Source: Lachnospiraceae bacterium (GTDB lineage: Bacteria; Bacillota; Clostridia; Lachnospirales; Lachnospiraceae). From it: a stretch of 64,000 bases of DNA. Shown here one piece after another: positions 19,113-27,922 of this stretch; position 1 is the first letter of the stretch; each line of letters starts with the position of its first letter. The notes below the pieces were generated by a model that had not been told where the DNA came from, searched no databases, and worked only from the letters and a program-made list of their open reading frames with translations. The position numbers were made by a program, and so were the translations under genes. Where the stretch lies: positions 5,363 to 69,362 of the forward strand of contig JAQUWF010000006.1 in NCBI GenBank assembly GCA_028692975.1, read 5' to 3'.

Positions 19113-19296
19113 GCCGGGGCAAGAGGTGTGCTATCTCTAAGCAAAGAAATCAGCATGCGCATTTAGCGCAGGTGAAATCCACTGCTTACGGAGACTTAGA
19201 GACGAAGGCTTTCCTGAGTCTCTTAGCCGCAGTTGGCAGTTAGTTCACCGGAGCGTTGCATGCCTTTGCGTGAGATATCACACCTCTTGCCCCGGC
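19113..19296. repeat. structured palindromic intergenic element, copy A2 (perfect 18-bp terminal inverted repeat, conserved core)
   Basis: GCCGGGGCAAGAGGTGTG (19113-19130) is the exact reverse complement of 19279-19296, and pairing continues inward imperfectly. Core 19184-19246 is homologous to 11586-11648. Confidence 0.7.
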
Positions 19297-19324
19297 GTCC
19301 GCCCCAGCAAAAAAAGGTGAAATC

Positions 19325-20065
19325 ATGATAAGATTTATAACAGGCTGCATTATCGTAATCGGATTTTTAATCCTCTCCATCCCTATTCTCTTTGTAGAAT
19401 GGATCATCGGCAAATTCAAACCCATGACAAAAGATACATCCTCCCTGCGCATCGTCCAGGCCGTCTTCCGCGCCGTCCTTCGGGCTGCAGGCGTGAGCGT
19501 GACCTTTATAGGCGAAGAGAACGTCCCCAAAGACCAGCCGGTCCTCTTCATCGCGAACCACCGCAGTTTCTTCGATATTCTGCTGACCTATACCAGATGC
19601 CAGCGCCGCACCGGCTACATAGCAAAAAAAGAAATGGAAAAAATCCCACTTCTTTCTAACTGGATGCGTTACCTGCATTGTCTGTTTTTAGATCGCAAAG
19701 ATATCAAGGCCGGCCTGAAGACCATATTGACTGCCATTGATAAGGTGAAAAACGGTATCTCCATCTGCATCTTCCCGGAGGGCACCCGCAACAAAGGTGA
19801 CAACGAACTGGAATTACTGGAATTCCACGAAGGCAGTTTCAAGATTGCACAAAAAGCAAACTGCCCTATTATCCCGATTGCTCTGAATAATACGGCAGAA
19901 ATATTTGAAAACCATTTTCCGAAATTCACACCCTGTCACGTGGTCGTAGAGTACTGCAAGCCCATCTATATCACAGATCTGGACAAGGACGAGCGCAAAC
20001 ACGTAGGTGCATATACACAAAATATTATATTGGAAACTCTGAAAAAGAATCAGCCGCTGGTGTAG
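19325..20065 (+). CDS. plsC: 1-acyl-sn-glycerol-3-phosphate acyltransferase
   Basis: NHRSFFD (HX4D) and FPEGTR acyltransferase motifs, N-terminal TM helix, AAGGTG RBS. Confidence 0.85.
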   Translation: MIRFITGCIIVIGFLILSIPILFVEWIIGKFKPMTKDTSSLRIVQAVFRAVLRAAGVSVTFIGEENVPKDQPVLFIANHRSFFDILLTYTRCQRRTGYIAKKEMEKIPLLSNWMRYLHCLFLDRKDIKAGLKTILTAIDKVKNGISICIFPEGTRNKGDNELELLEFHEGSFKIAQKANCPIIPIALNNTAEIFENHFPKFTPCHVVVEYCKPIYITDLDKDERKHVGAYTQNIILETLKKNQPLV

Positions 20066-20074
20066 TCATTTATA

Positions 20075-21442
20075 CTAGGATTGCAGCGCTGCGACAACTT
20101 TTTCAAACTGCATAAAGTGAGATGCCTTCACCAGGAGGGTATCTCCTTTTTTAATGAGATTCGGCAGATTCTCCAGGAGTTGATCTCTGGTGTCAAAATG
20201 AACCACTTCCATCTTACTGTTATTCGCCCGGATACCCTCTGCCATATGAGCACAGAGCGGTCCCACGCAGATCACCATATCGATATCTGTCGATGCGGCA
20301 AATTCACCCACGCCGCCATGCAGGGCTGCTTCGTCCGCGCCCAGTTCTCCCATATCGCCAAGGATGGCCACCTTACGTCCCAGGGCATCCTGCAGCACGC
20401 CCAAAGATGCCTGCATAGATGCGGGATTGGCATTGTAGCAGTCGTCAATGATGGTATAATTTTCGGTCTCAATAATATGGAAACGCCCGCCCAGAGACTG
20501 GAGGGATTCGATACCATTTTTAATCTGTTTCAGAGACAGGCCATAAACTCTGCCCACAGCCGTGCCCGCCAGTGCATTATATACCATATGGCGCCCCGGA
20601 ATGGGGATCTGTACACGAAAGGCTTCACCCCCCGTGTGAATGGTACATGCCACGCCTTTTAATCCCATATTTTCCAGTTCATCGGCATATACTGCGCAAT
20701 GCTCATGCATTCCAAAAAAGATTGGCTTCTTTCCCTGTACCTCTGCAACGGTACACAGTTTATCATCATCACCGTTTAAAATAACCGTTCCATTATCCTT
20801 CAGATAATCAAAAACTTCCGTCTTTGCCTTCAGCACACCATCCCGGTCACCCAGGTTTTCCAGATGGCACTGTCCGATATTGGTGATCACGCAGGTATTG
20901 GGTCTTGCGATCTTTGCCAGTCTGGTCATCTCACCGAAATCACTGATGCCCATCTCCAACACCGCGATCTCGTCCTCATCACGAAGACGAAATACGGTAA
21001 GTGGCAGACCCAGTTCGTTATTAAAATTCCCCGCTGTCTTTAATGTCTTGTATTTCTGTTCCAGAACAGACGCAATCACTTCCTTGGTGCTGGTCTTTCC
21101 AACGCTGCCAGTAATACCAACTACAGGAATATCCAGCTGTGCAAGATAATACTGTGCAATATCCTTTACCGCCTGCAGGCTGGACTCCACTCTGATATAG
21201 GGGTAAGCCTGTTCGCCCAAATCGACTTCCGTCAATGTGACTAATGCCCCATGCTCCATAACAGACGAAATATAATCATGTCCGTCAGAGCGTTCTCCCT
21301 TGATGGGCACAAAGAGGCAATCCTTTTCCACCTTGCGGCTGTCTGTAGTGATGGCACTGACTGTACATCCCGCTTCGTCCTGCGGTCCGCAGTAAGTGCC
21401 GCCACAGGCCTGTGTAATATGTTCTATGGTAAGATTCTTCAT
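20075..21442 (-). CDS. murF: UDP-N-acetylmuramoyl-tripeptide--D-alanyl-D-alanine ligase
   Basis: Mur ligase motifs GITGSVGKTSTKE and NANPASM. Located directly downstream of ddl. GGAGG RBS. Confidence 0.9.
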   Translation of the reverse strand: MKNLTIEHITQACGGTYCGPQDEAGCTVSAITTDSRKVEKDCLFVPIKGERSDGHDYISSVMEHGALVTLTEVDLGEQAYPYIRVESSLQAVKDIAQYYLAQLDIPVVGITGSVGKTSTKEVIASVLEQKYKTLKTAGNFNNELGLPLTVFRLRDEDEIAVLEMGISDFGEMTRLAKIARPNTCVITNIGQCHLENLGDRDGVLKAKTEVFDYLKDNGTVILNGDDDKLCTVAEVQGKKPIFFGMHEHCAVYADELENMGLKGVACTIHTGGEAFRVQIPIPGRHMVYNALAGTAVGRVYGLSLKQIKNGIESLQSLGGRFHIIETENYTIIDDCYNANPASMQASLGVLQDALGRKVAILGDMGELGADEAALHGGVGEFAASTDIDMVICVGPLCAHMAEGIRANNSKMEVVHFDTRDQLLENLPNLIKKGDTLLVKASHFMQFEKVVAALQS

Positions 21443-21454
21443 GACTGCCTCCGT

Positions 21455-22486
21455 CTACTTATACTTTTTCAATGAAATACGGATCAGTTCCTCGCACAAC
21501 GTGGGATAATCCATGTCCAGTGCCGCCGCTTCCTGCGGAAGAAGGCTGGTCGGAGTCATACCAGGAAGCGTATTTGCTTCCAGACAATACATATCACCGT
21601 TGTCATTCATAAGGAAATCCAGTCTTGCGTAGGTATCTAATGCCAGCGCTTTATTGCCCAGTTCTGCATACTCCTGCATTTTCTTGGTCACATCCCATGG
21701 CAGATTCGCCGGACAGGTCTCGATGGTGCTGCCTGCTTTGTATTTATTCTCATAATCATAAAAGCCCTTGATCGGTGCGATCTCGATAACCGGCAATGCC
21801 TTGCCGTCCACCACGCCTACAGAAAACTCACGGCCCTGAATATAATCCTCTACCACGACCTCTTCCTCATAGGCGAACGCATCCTTGAGTGCCTTCTCGT
21901 AATCATCCTGATTGTACACGATATACACGCCTACCGAAGAACCTCCGCAGCACGGCTTTACCACTACCGGGAACTTCATGGTATATGCGGACAATTCACG
22001 CTTGTAATTGTCTCTGTGCAGGGTAATCCCCTGGGGTGTCGGTACCTGGCTGGCACGGAGCATGGTCTTTGCCAGACCCTTATCCATGGCCAGCGCACTT
22101 CCCAGATATCCGGTACCCGTGTAACGGATGCCAAACAAATCGAAAGCTGCCTGTATCTTTCCGTTTTCTCCGTTCTCTCCATGAAGTGCCATAAAGACAA
22201 TATCCGCCTTCTTACACACATCGATAACCTTCGGTCCGAAGAATTCCTGTGTCTTCTTGGCTTCCTCCACCGTATCGTTGAAACTCCGTATATATGCTAC
22301 CGCTTCCTCAAGGTCATATTCCTCCGGAAACGCATGTTCCAGATCTATTCTCTCATCACCAAAGAACACATCGACCAATATGGCATTATGCTTCTTAGAA
22401 CGCAGCGCCTCACAGACACCTTTCCCAGACACGATAGAAACATCACGCTCCGTACTAATGCCACCAGCCAATACTACTATATTCAT
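21455..22486 (-). CDS. ddl: D-alanine--D-alanine ligase
   Basis: 343-aa ATP-grasp protein. MNIVVLAGGISTERDVS start and EANTLPGMT C-terminal motif are typical of Ddl. Confidence 0.92.
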   Translation of the reverse strand: MNIVVLAGGISTERDVSIVSGKGVCEALRSKKHNAILVDVFFGDERIDLEHAFPEEYDLEEAVAYIRSFNDTVEEAKKTQEFFGPKVIDVCKKADIVFMALHGENGENGKIQAAFDLFGIRYTGTGYLGSALAMDKGLAKTMLRASQVPTPQGITLHRDNYKRELSAYTMKFPVVVKPCCGGSSVGVYIVYNQDDYEKALKDAFAYEEEVVVEDYIQGREFSVGVVDGKALPVIEIAPIKGFYDYENKYKAGSTIETCPANLPWDVTKKMQEYAELGNKALALDTYARLDFLMNDNGDMYCLEANTLPGMTPTSLLPQEAAALDMDYPTLCEELIRISLKKYK

Positions 22487-22539
22487 AATCAGGACTCCTT
22501 TATAATAAGAACTTAATTCTCGTATTTTTATCTTTTCTT

Positions 22540-22568
22540 ATACTATACAATTCACCGGATTTTGTCAA
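22540..22568 (-). promoter_or_regulatory. putative sigma-A promoter of ddl-murF
   Basis: On the minus strand, TTGACA (22568-22563), a 17-nt spacer, then TAGTAT (22545-22540), about 50 nt upstream of the ddl start. Confidence 0.5.
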
Positions 22569-22720
22569 TGTTTATGCCAAGTCTTACAAGCAACAGTCAC
22601 CCATACATTACAACCAAGGGGCATATAGCGGAAAATTTGTCATGGCTGCCCCATTTTGTCCAAAATTCACCAGAAAAACTTCCAAATGCGGCATATACAA
22701 ATTTTTCCAGGTCCCATGCC

Positions 22721-22763
22721 CCGCTTTTACAGAAAAACGGGGCATAGAGATTACATAAACTTC
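22721..22763 (-). terminator. intrinsic terminator after the P-type ATPase gene
   Basis: Minus strand: GGGGCGTAGAG ... CTCTATGCCCC (10/11 pairing) followed by GTTTTTCT. Confidence 0.6.
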
Positions 22764-22872
22764 TCTACGCCCCATTTGCTTTTTATAGTGTATCCCATCC
22801 AGTGGATACATGATAATTGTTTATGCCCATTTCTTATGGCTATCCTGTACCATTTCATATTATGCAGTCTAT

Positions 22873-25488
22873 TTATCTACGTTCGCTCCATTTCATTTTA
22901 ACAAATTTAATCAACTGAATCACAAGAAGACTGGCAGCTGCCAGGCCGTATACTGTGAACAGCTGGCTCAGATTCAATGCCTGTACCTTGAACATTCCCT
23001 GAAGAACAGGCATCGTAATTGCCGCTGTAATCAGCACAAAGCCAATTAAAAATGCACCTTGCAGGAACTTATTATTGAAAAATCCCTTTTTAAATAAAAC
23101 CGGAGTTTTTGTTTTACAGTTATAGCCGTGGGTCAGTCTGGATAAGCACAGCGTTCCGAAGGCCATGGTGCTGGCCAGAACTGCATTGCCGTCCTGATAG
23201 CCGATCAAAAATGCCAATGCCGTCGCCACAGCGATCACCGCGCCTTCCACTCCTACCGCGATCAGGAAAGGCTTGGTCAATATAGATTCATTTATATGAC
23301 GGGGCTTTTCCTTCATCACATCGCTGCTGTGGCTCTCAAGTCCCAACGCGATAGCCGGGAGACTATCAGTCAGCAGGTTAATGAACAGCAGGTGCACCGG
23401 CGCGAAAGGTACCGGCAATGCCATGATGGATGCAAACAGGACTACCAGGATACCGCCCAGATTTCCTGACAGCAAAAACTGAATGGCTTTTTTGATATTT
23501 CCATATACATTTCGTCCGTTTTCTACGGCCCGGACTATGGTGGCAAAATTATCATCCGTAAGCACCATGGAAGCAGCATCCTTGGATACCTCACTGCCCG
23601 TTATACCCATGGCTACGCCGATATCTGCCTGCTTCAGGGCGGGTGCATCGTTGACGCCGTCTCCGGTCATGGCTACCACATTCCCCTTGTCCTGCCATGC
23701 CCGGACGATGCGTATCTTATGCTCCGGTGATACACGGGCATATACCCGCTTATCCTGCACGAAATCCTGCAGTTCTTCGTCAGACATCTCCTCTATGGCA
23801 CTGCCCTCCACCGCCTTGCTTCCCTCGGTGAGTATGCCGATTCTCTTAGCTATGGCTGATGCTGTCACCAGATGATCACCGGTAATCATAATCGGTGTAA
23901 TGCCCGCCTGCACGCACTCTTTTACCGCCTGGGTACTCTCCACTCTCGGCGGATCCATCATGGAAATGAGTCCCAGGAAAATCAGTTCATTCTCGTCCTC
24001 CAGATCAAGGGACCGCTCTGCTTCCAGCTGTTTATAAGCCACCGCCAGCACGCGCAGCCCATTCTGGGAGAATTCCATATTCATATCTACAATATTCTGA
24101 ATATCTTCTTCCGTAATCTCCCGTACATCCCCGCCCATTTTTATATAGCGTACCCTGTTCAGCAGCACATCCACGGCACCCTTTGTGATCATGGTGTAGC
24201 CGTCCTTCAGGCAATGCAGCGTGGACATCATCTTTCTGTCGCTGTCGAAAGGCACCTCGCTTAATCTTGGATACGTATTGCGGACACGCCTTGCTGGAAC
24301 GCCCAGATCATTGCATAAATTAATCAATGCAATCTCCGTTGGATCACCCAGCAGATTGCCGTCCTGATTGGTGGAATCGTTGCACAGTATACTAAGTCGC
24401 ATAAGATCCTTGTGGTCCGGCATGGTTGGATCGATTTTTGCTGCCGGTATACGTTTGCCGGCTATATAATAATCTTCCACCGTCATCTTGTTTTGTGTCA
24501 ATGTCCCTGTCTTATCAGAACAGATGACAGACACGCTGCCCAGGCCCTCTACGGCCTGGAGTTTGCGGATAATCGCCCCTTCTTTCGCCATCTTCTGGGT
24601 ACCGAAGGAAAGCACGATGGTCACGATGGAACTCAGTGCCTCCGGAATCGCAGCCACTGCCAGCGCTACCGCAAACATAAACGCATCGCCCGCATTTCCG
24701 CCTTGAAATATATTGATTCCAAAGAGTATGCCGCAGAATACCATGATAATAATAGATAATTTTTTTCCGAAATTATCCAGGTTGCGCTGCAGCGGTGTTT
24801 TCTTTTCCGAGGTGGATTTCAAAAGGCTTGCAATCTTGCCGATTTCCGTATCCATAGCCACCGCTGTCACCAGGAAGCTGCCCCTGCCGTATGTAACAAA
24901 ACTGCCGGAATACACCATATTGATACGGTCTCCCAGCGGTACTTCGCCTTCGATCACGTCCGTGCTCTTCTCCACCGCCACGCTCTCACCGGTCAGTGCG
25001 CTCTCGTCCACCTTCATGCTGGCGTTTTCCAGGATCCGTCCATCTGCCGGAATAAAATCTCCCGCCTCCAGATGTACCTCATCCCCCACCGTCACATCCT
25101 TGCTGTCGATTTCTACGATCTCACCGTTTCGCAGCACCTTTGCCGCCGGTGAGGACAATTCTTTCAGGCTATCCAGAGATTTCTGTGCCTTCACCGTCTG
25201 CACCGTTCCCAAAATCGCATTGATGGTAATCACCACCAGGATGACCAGCGAGCTTTCCAGGTCTCCCAGAAATCCCGATACCACTGCTGCCAGAATCAGG
25301 ATAATAACCAGGAAATCTTTAAATTGCTCCAAAAACACCAGTGCCAGGCTTTTCTGCTTCGTACCAGCAATCTCATTGCGCCCATATTTGCTCTGGTTCG
25401 CCTCCACCTGGGCCGCAGACAAGGGCTTGTCGGAACCGTTTATTTCTTTCCTTACTTCTTCACTACTCTTCTGATAATACGTTCCCAT
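22873..25488 (-). CDS. P-type (type II, Ca2+/Mn2+-like) cation-transporting ATPase
   Basis: CSDKTGTLT phosphorylation motif, TGES, MITGD, GDGVNDAPAL, 10-TM layout. Start set at ATG 25488 (GGAGG 6 nt upstream). Confidence 0.9.
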   Translation of the reverse strand: MGTYYQKSSEEVRKEINGSDKPLSAAQVEANQSKYGRNEIAGTKQKSLALVFLEQFKDFLVIILILAAVVSGFLGDLESSLVILVVITINAILGTVQTVKAQKSLDSLKELSSPAAKVLRNGEIVEIDSKDVTVGDEVHLEAGDFIPADGRILENASMKVDESALTGESVAVEKSTDVIEGEVPLGDRINMVYSGSFVTYGRGSFLVTAVAMDTEIGKIASLLKSTSEKKTPLQRNLDNFGKKLSIIIMVFCGILFGINIFQGGNAGDAFMFAVALAVAAIPEALSSIVTIVLSFGTQKMAKEGAIIRKLQAVEGLGSVSVICSDKTGTLTQNKMTVEDYYIAGKRIPAAKIDPTMPDHKDLMRLSILCNDSTNQDGNLLGDPTEIALINLCNDLGVPARRVRNTYPRLSEVPFDSDRKMMSTLHCLKDGYTMITKGAVDVLLNRVRYIKMGGDVREITEEDIQNIVDMNMEFSQNGLRVLAVAYKQLEAERSLDLEDENELIFLGLISMMDPPRVESTQAVKECVQAGITPIMITGDHLVTASAIAKRIGILTEGSKAVEGSAIEEMSDEELQDFVQDKRVYARVSPEHKIRIVRAWQDKGNVVAMTGDGVNDAPALKQADIGVAMGITGSEVSKDAASMVLTDDNFATIVRAVENGRNVYGNIKKAIQFLLSGNLGGILVVLFASIMALPVPFAPVHLLFINLLTDSLPAIALGLESHSSDVMKEKPRHINESILTKPFLIAVGVEGAVIAVATALAFLIGYQDGNAVLASTMAFGTLCLSRLTHGYNCKTKTPVLFKKGFFNNKFLQGAFLIGFVLITAAITMPVLQGMFKVQALNLSQLFTVYGLAAASLLVIQLIKFVKMKWSERR

Positions 25489-25517
25489 AATAACCTCCAT
25501 TTTTACATCGGAACAAT

Positions 25518-25565
25518 AAAAGCGAGACTCCTATTGCACCTGTTCCATGCAATAAAAGTCTCGCT
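25518..25565 (-). terminator. expression-platform terminator of the Mn2+ riboswitch
   Basis: Minus strand: AGCGAGACT ... AGTCTCGCT (9-bp stem) followed by TTTATTG. Its 5' arm is the same AGCGAGAC segment that closes the aptamer, so the aptamer and terminator are mutually exclusive. Confidence 0.6.
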
Positions 25566-25641
25566 GTTTCATTACGTTCCGGATGGTAACCATCGTACTG
25601 ACGAAATCGTAAACACGGGTGTGTTAGCTACTCCCTTTTAT
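25554..25641 (-). promoter_or_regulatory. yybP-ykoY (Mn2+) riboswitch aptamer
   Basis: Minus strand: AAAAGGGAGUAGC...UCGUCAGUACG[AUGG UUA CCAU]CCGG...AACAGCGAGACUUUU. This aligns block for block with my recollection of the Lactococcus lactis yybP-ykoY aptamer (AAAGGGGAGUAGC ... UCGUCAAUUCG[UGAG GAAA CUCA]CCGG ... UAGCAAGACCUUU). It lies in the 5' leader of a P-type ATPase, a known context. Confidence 0.75.
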
Positions 25642-25649
25642 TTCGTTCA

Positions 25650-25678
25650 ATCTTATCTTAATATCCGACAAATGTCAA
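25650..25678 (-). promoter_or_regulatory. putative sigma-A promoter driving the riboswitch and ATPase
   Basis: Minus strand: TTGACA (25678-25673), a 17-nt spacer, then TAAGAT (25655-25650), about 10 nt upstream of the aptamer. Confidence 0.55.
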
Positions 25679-25716
25679 TCGGTATTTTTGCCGTTTCCAT
25701 ACTGTTTTTTGATGGT

Positions 25717-25926
25717 CTATGCTCGTTGGAATGAACTCCTGGGCAGTGGGACATTTACCCCATCTGTTTTGGCGGTTTCAATCCATTCTGAAATAATTGC
25801 TTCTACATTGTGAAGCGCCTCTTCCTGTGTCTTCCCATCTGCCATACATCCAGGCAAATCCGGTACCGTTACAAGCCATGCCGCGTCTTCCTCTGACCAA
25901 TGCAAGATTTTATCATATTTTGACAT
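25717..25926 (-). CDS. hicB: type II antitoxin HicB family (short, N-terminal fold only, no DNA-binding domain)
   Basis: 69-aa ORF. ...WLVTVPDLPGCMADGKTQEEALHNVEAIISEWIE... is the HicB/UPF0150 motif. It starts 1 nt after the HicA-like stop. Confidence 0.7.
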   Translation of the reverse strand: MSKYDKILHWSEEDAAWLVTVPDLPGCMADGKTQEEALHNVEAIISEWIETAKTDGVNVPLPRSSFQRA

Positions 25927-25927
25927 A

Positions 25928-26179
25928 TTATTTTACCTCCAATCCATACATGTTCAAAAAGTCGCGTACCTGCTTAACCTGATAGGGTTTTGCCATGTTT
26001 CCTTTTGGCTGCAGATTAATGTAATATGGCATTCCTTTTATTCTGTAAATATAATGATCTCCTTTAATTGTACACAAAAATCCAAGACTTACAAGCAAAT
26101 TATGGAGATTTTTAAATTTTACTGTGCTATCCAGCTTCGGATCCATGATTCTCATATATGTTTTTTTATCTGTTGTCAT
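25928..26179 (-). CDS. hicA: type II toxin HicA family (mRNA interferase)
   Basis: 83-aa ORF. The pattern FKNLHNLLVSLGF...KGDHYIY...INLQPKG...VKQVRDFLNMYGL fits the HicA/YcfA dsRBD-like fold with the conserved His. Toxin-first order with the hicB partner. Confidence 0.62.
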   Translation of the reverse strand: MTTDKKTYMRIMDPKLDSTVKFKNLHNLLVSLGFLCTIKGDHYIYRIKGMPYYINLQPKGNMAKPYQVKQVRDFLNMYGLEVK

Positions 26180-26188
26180 AAAGCCGGC

Positions 26189-27097
26189 CTACCCTTCCGT
26201 AATATAGGTATCCGGTACCCGCTCCTGTAGTTCAAAGCCTCCGTCGCCTGCTGTGGTGCCACCGATGCCTATATCTCCCATGGTGTATGTGATTGTAAAA
26301 GAATCGCCCTCAAAGCACACGGCCAGCCAGTTGTCCTGATCTTCCAGTGCCACACCCATGGTATCCCGGGTAAAATACAAGGGACCGTCTTCCGTGTATA
26401 CCATCTCCAGATTCGTATTTTGGGTGACATAATATTTTCGGAACGCATTTCCGTGAAACAGCGTACCCTGGCAGTAATCATAGTCCATAAGGCCAAAATA
26501 TCCTTTTGCCGTCATAGGCTCCTTTGTCTCATGATTTAAGATATCGTACCGAAAGGTAATCTGATAAGAAGTTGACATAAATCCTGCCGGATCATTCAGC
26601 CAGAAATCCAGTTCATTCTTATTTTCCTCCCCACACGCCACATAACCCACCACCGTGGTGCGAAGATCCAGCGGAACGCCCTGATAATATCCCACATTTT
26701 CCTGCAGCATGGAATAACCCATAAACTTCCGGCTCTCGTTTTTCACATCCTCTGACTCATTAAACTGCTCATCACTTTCCTCTGCTTTCTCCATGTACCG
26801 AAATATCTCCTGCTCTACATCAAAATAAGTGCAATGCTGAATATCATCTGCCACCTCATCCACAGTGCCCTTCACTGCTTCATTCAGTATAAAACAAGGC
26901 TCATATCCATCCAGATCCGCCTCTTCATCCAGTACCTCCGTCCCCGGAATCTCCAGCGCCGGCATTCCCTGCTCATAATGCTGCGTATAATAGGGATACT
27001 CCCCATAAATGTCCAGCGTCTCGGTTTCTGCCCCCGTACCAAAACAAACCACCACCGCCAAAACAGACGCAGTTATCCCGTAAAATGTCTTTCTCAT
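26189..27097 (-). CDS. hypothetical secreted protein (signal peptide, acidic N-terminal region)
   Basis: 302-aa ORF with N-terminal MRKTFYGITASVLAVVVCFGTGA. No family recognised. It ends 9 nt before hicA. Confidence 0.5.
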   Translation of the reverse strand: MRKTFYGITASVLAVVVCFGTGAETETLDIYGEYPYYTQHYEQGMPALEIPGTEVLDEEADLDGYEPCFILNEAVKGTVDEVADDIQHCTYFDVEQEIFRYMEKAEESDEQFNESEDVKNESRKFMGYSMLQENVGYYQGVPLDLRTTVVGYVACGEENKNELDFWLNDPAGFMSTSYQITFRYDILNHETKEPMTAKGYFGLMDYDYCQGTLFHGNAFRKYYVTQNTNLEMVYTEDGPLYFTRDTMGVALEDQDNWLAVCFEGDSFTITYTMGDIGIGGTTAGDGGFELQERVPDTYITEG

Positions 27098-27211
27098 AAT
27101 GCTTCCTCCTTATGAAATTGTTTAAATAAAATGGAAAAATGGCGAAACGCCAGGATCACACGAATGTGTGTAGGTGCATCATAGCATATTTCTTTTCAAA
27201 ATGGAATCCCC

Positions 27212-27266
27212 AAAATAAAAAATCATTCTGCACAAACGACAAATATCCGCATATGTACAGAATGAT
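27212..27266 (-). terminator. intrinsic terminator after the LUD-domain gene
   Basis: Minus strand: ATCATTCTGTACA ... TGTGCAGAATGAT (12/13 pairing) followed by TTTTTATTTT. Confidence 0.7.
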
Positions 27267-27277
27267 TTTATCTTATC

Positions 27278-27922
27278 CTAAAACCCTAATTTTTCCCCAA
27301 TCAGAATCACCTTGATTTTCTTCGGCGGGCTGCAGCGACGGATGGTGGAGATGTAGTTGCAGATGCAATCTGGTGAGTTACAGTCGCCGCATAATCCAGT
27401 CTTTACGCAGGGGGTCTTTTTATCCGGGAAGCGCTGACAGTTAATGGGTGCAGCTATGGAGCGGGCTCTGGTCAGAGCATCCTCCACATTCTTTGCCACC
27501 TTATTCATGCCCGCTACCACGATGATGTTGGACGGTCCAAAGGTCATGGCCGCCACGCGATTGCCGGTACCATCGATATTGACCAGCTGACCATCCTCAC
27601 TGATGGCGTTGGTTCCGGCGATATAGGTATCCGCCAGCAGCCCCTGCCGCATAAGCTGCAGGCTCTCTGCCCGGTCCTTCCCTGTGGCACGGTCGATTAC
27701 TTTATACTTCCCGCTCTGGATCTCGTCCATAAGACCAATCTCCTCGGCTGTACCACAGCCACCCCAGGAGATCACATCTCCCTCTGGGATAAGAGACAGC
27801 GCTTTCTCTTTTGCTTCCTCTTTCGTCTCACAGTAATATGCCTCAAAGCAGCGGCCCTCCAGTGCCTTTACCAGACAGGCACCCGCCTTTTCGTTCCGTA
27901 TCATTTCCGGTGTTTTGCTCAT
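27278..27922 (-). CDS. LUD-domain (lactate utilization LutC/YkgG-like, DUF162) protein with a Cys-rich C-terminus
   Basis: GTNAISEDGQLVNIDGTGNRV and IVVAGMNK motifs of the LUD fold. C-terminal CGDCNSPDCIC. Start set at ATG 27922 (GAGGAGG 8 nt upstream). Confidence 0.75.
   Translation of the reverse strand: MSKTPEMIRNEKAGACLVKALEGRCFEAYYCETKEEAKEKALSLIPEGDVISWGGCGTAEEIGLMDEIQSGKYKVIDRATGKDRAESLQLMRQGLLADTYIAGTNAISEDGQLVNIDGTGNRVAAMTFGPSNIIVVAGMNKVAKNVEDALTRARSIAAPINCQRFPDKKTPCVKTGLCGDCNSPDCICNYISTIRRCSPPKKIKVILIGEKLGF

Noticed and set aside
19196-19225. Hammerhead-like CUGA...GAA strings in the core of palindromic element A2
   Set aside because: The putative catalytic nucleotides are not conserved in copy A1 (GCGCGAGG...GCCGAGCG), and the helices do not fit the three-way junction.
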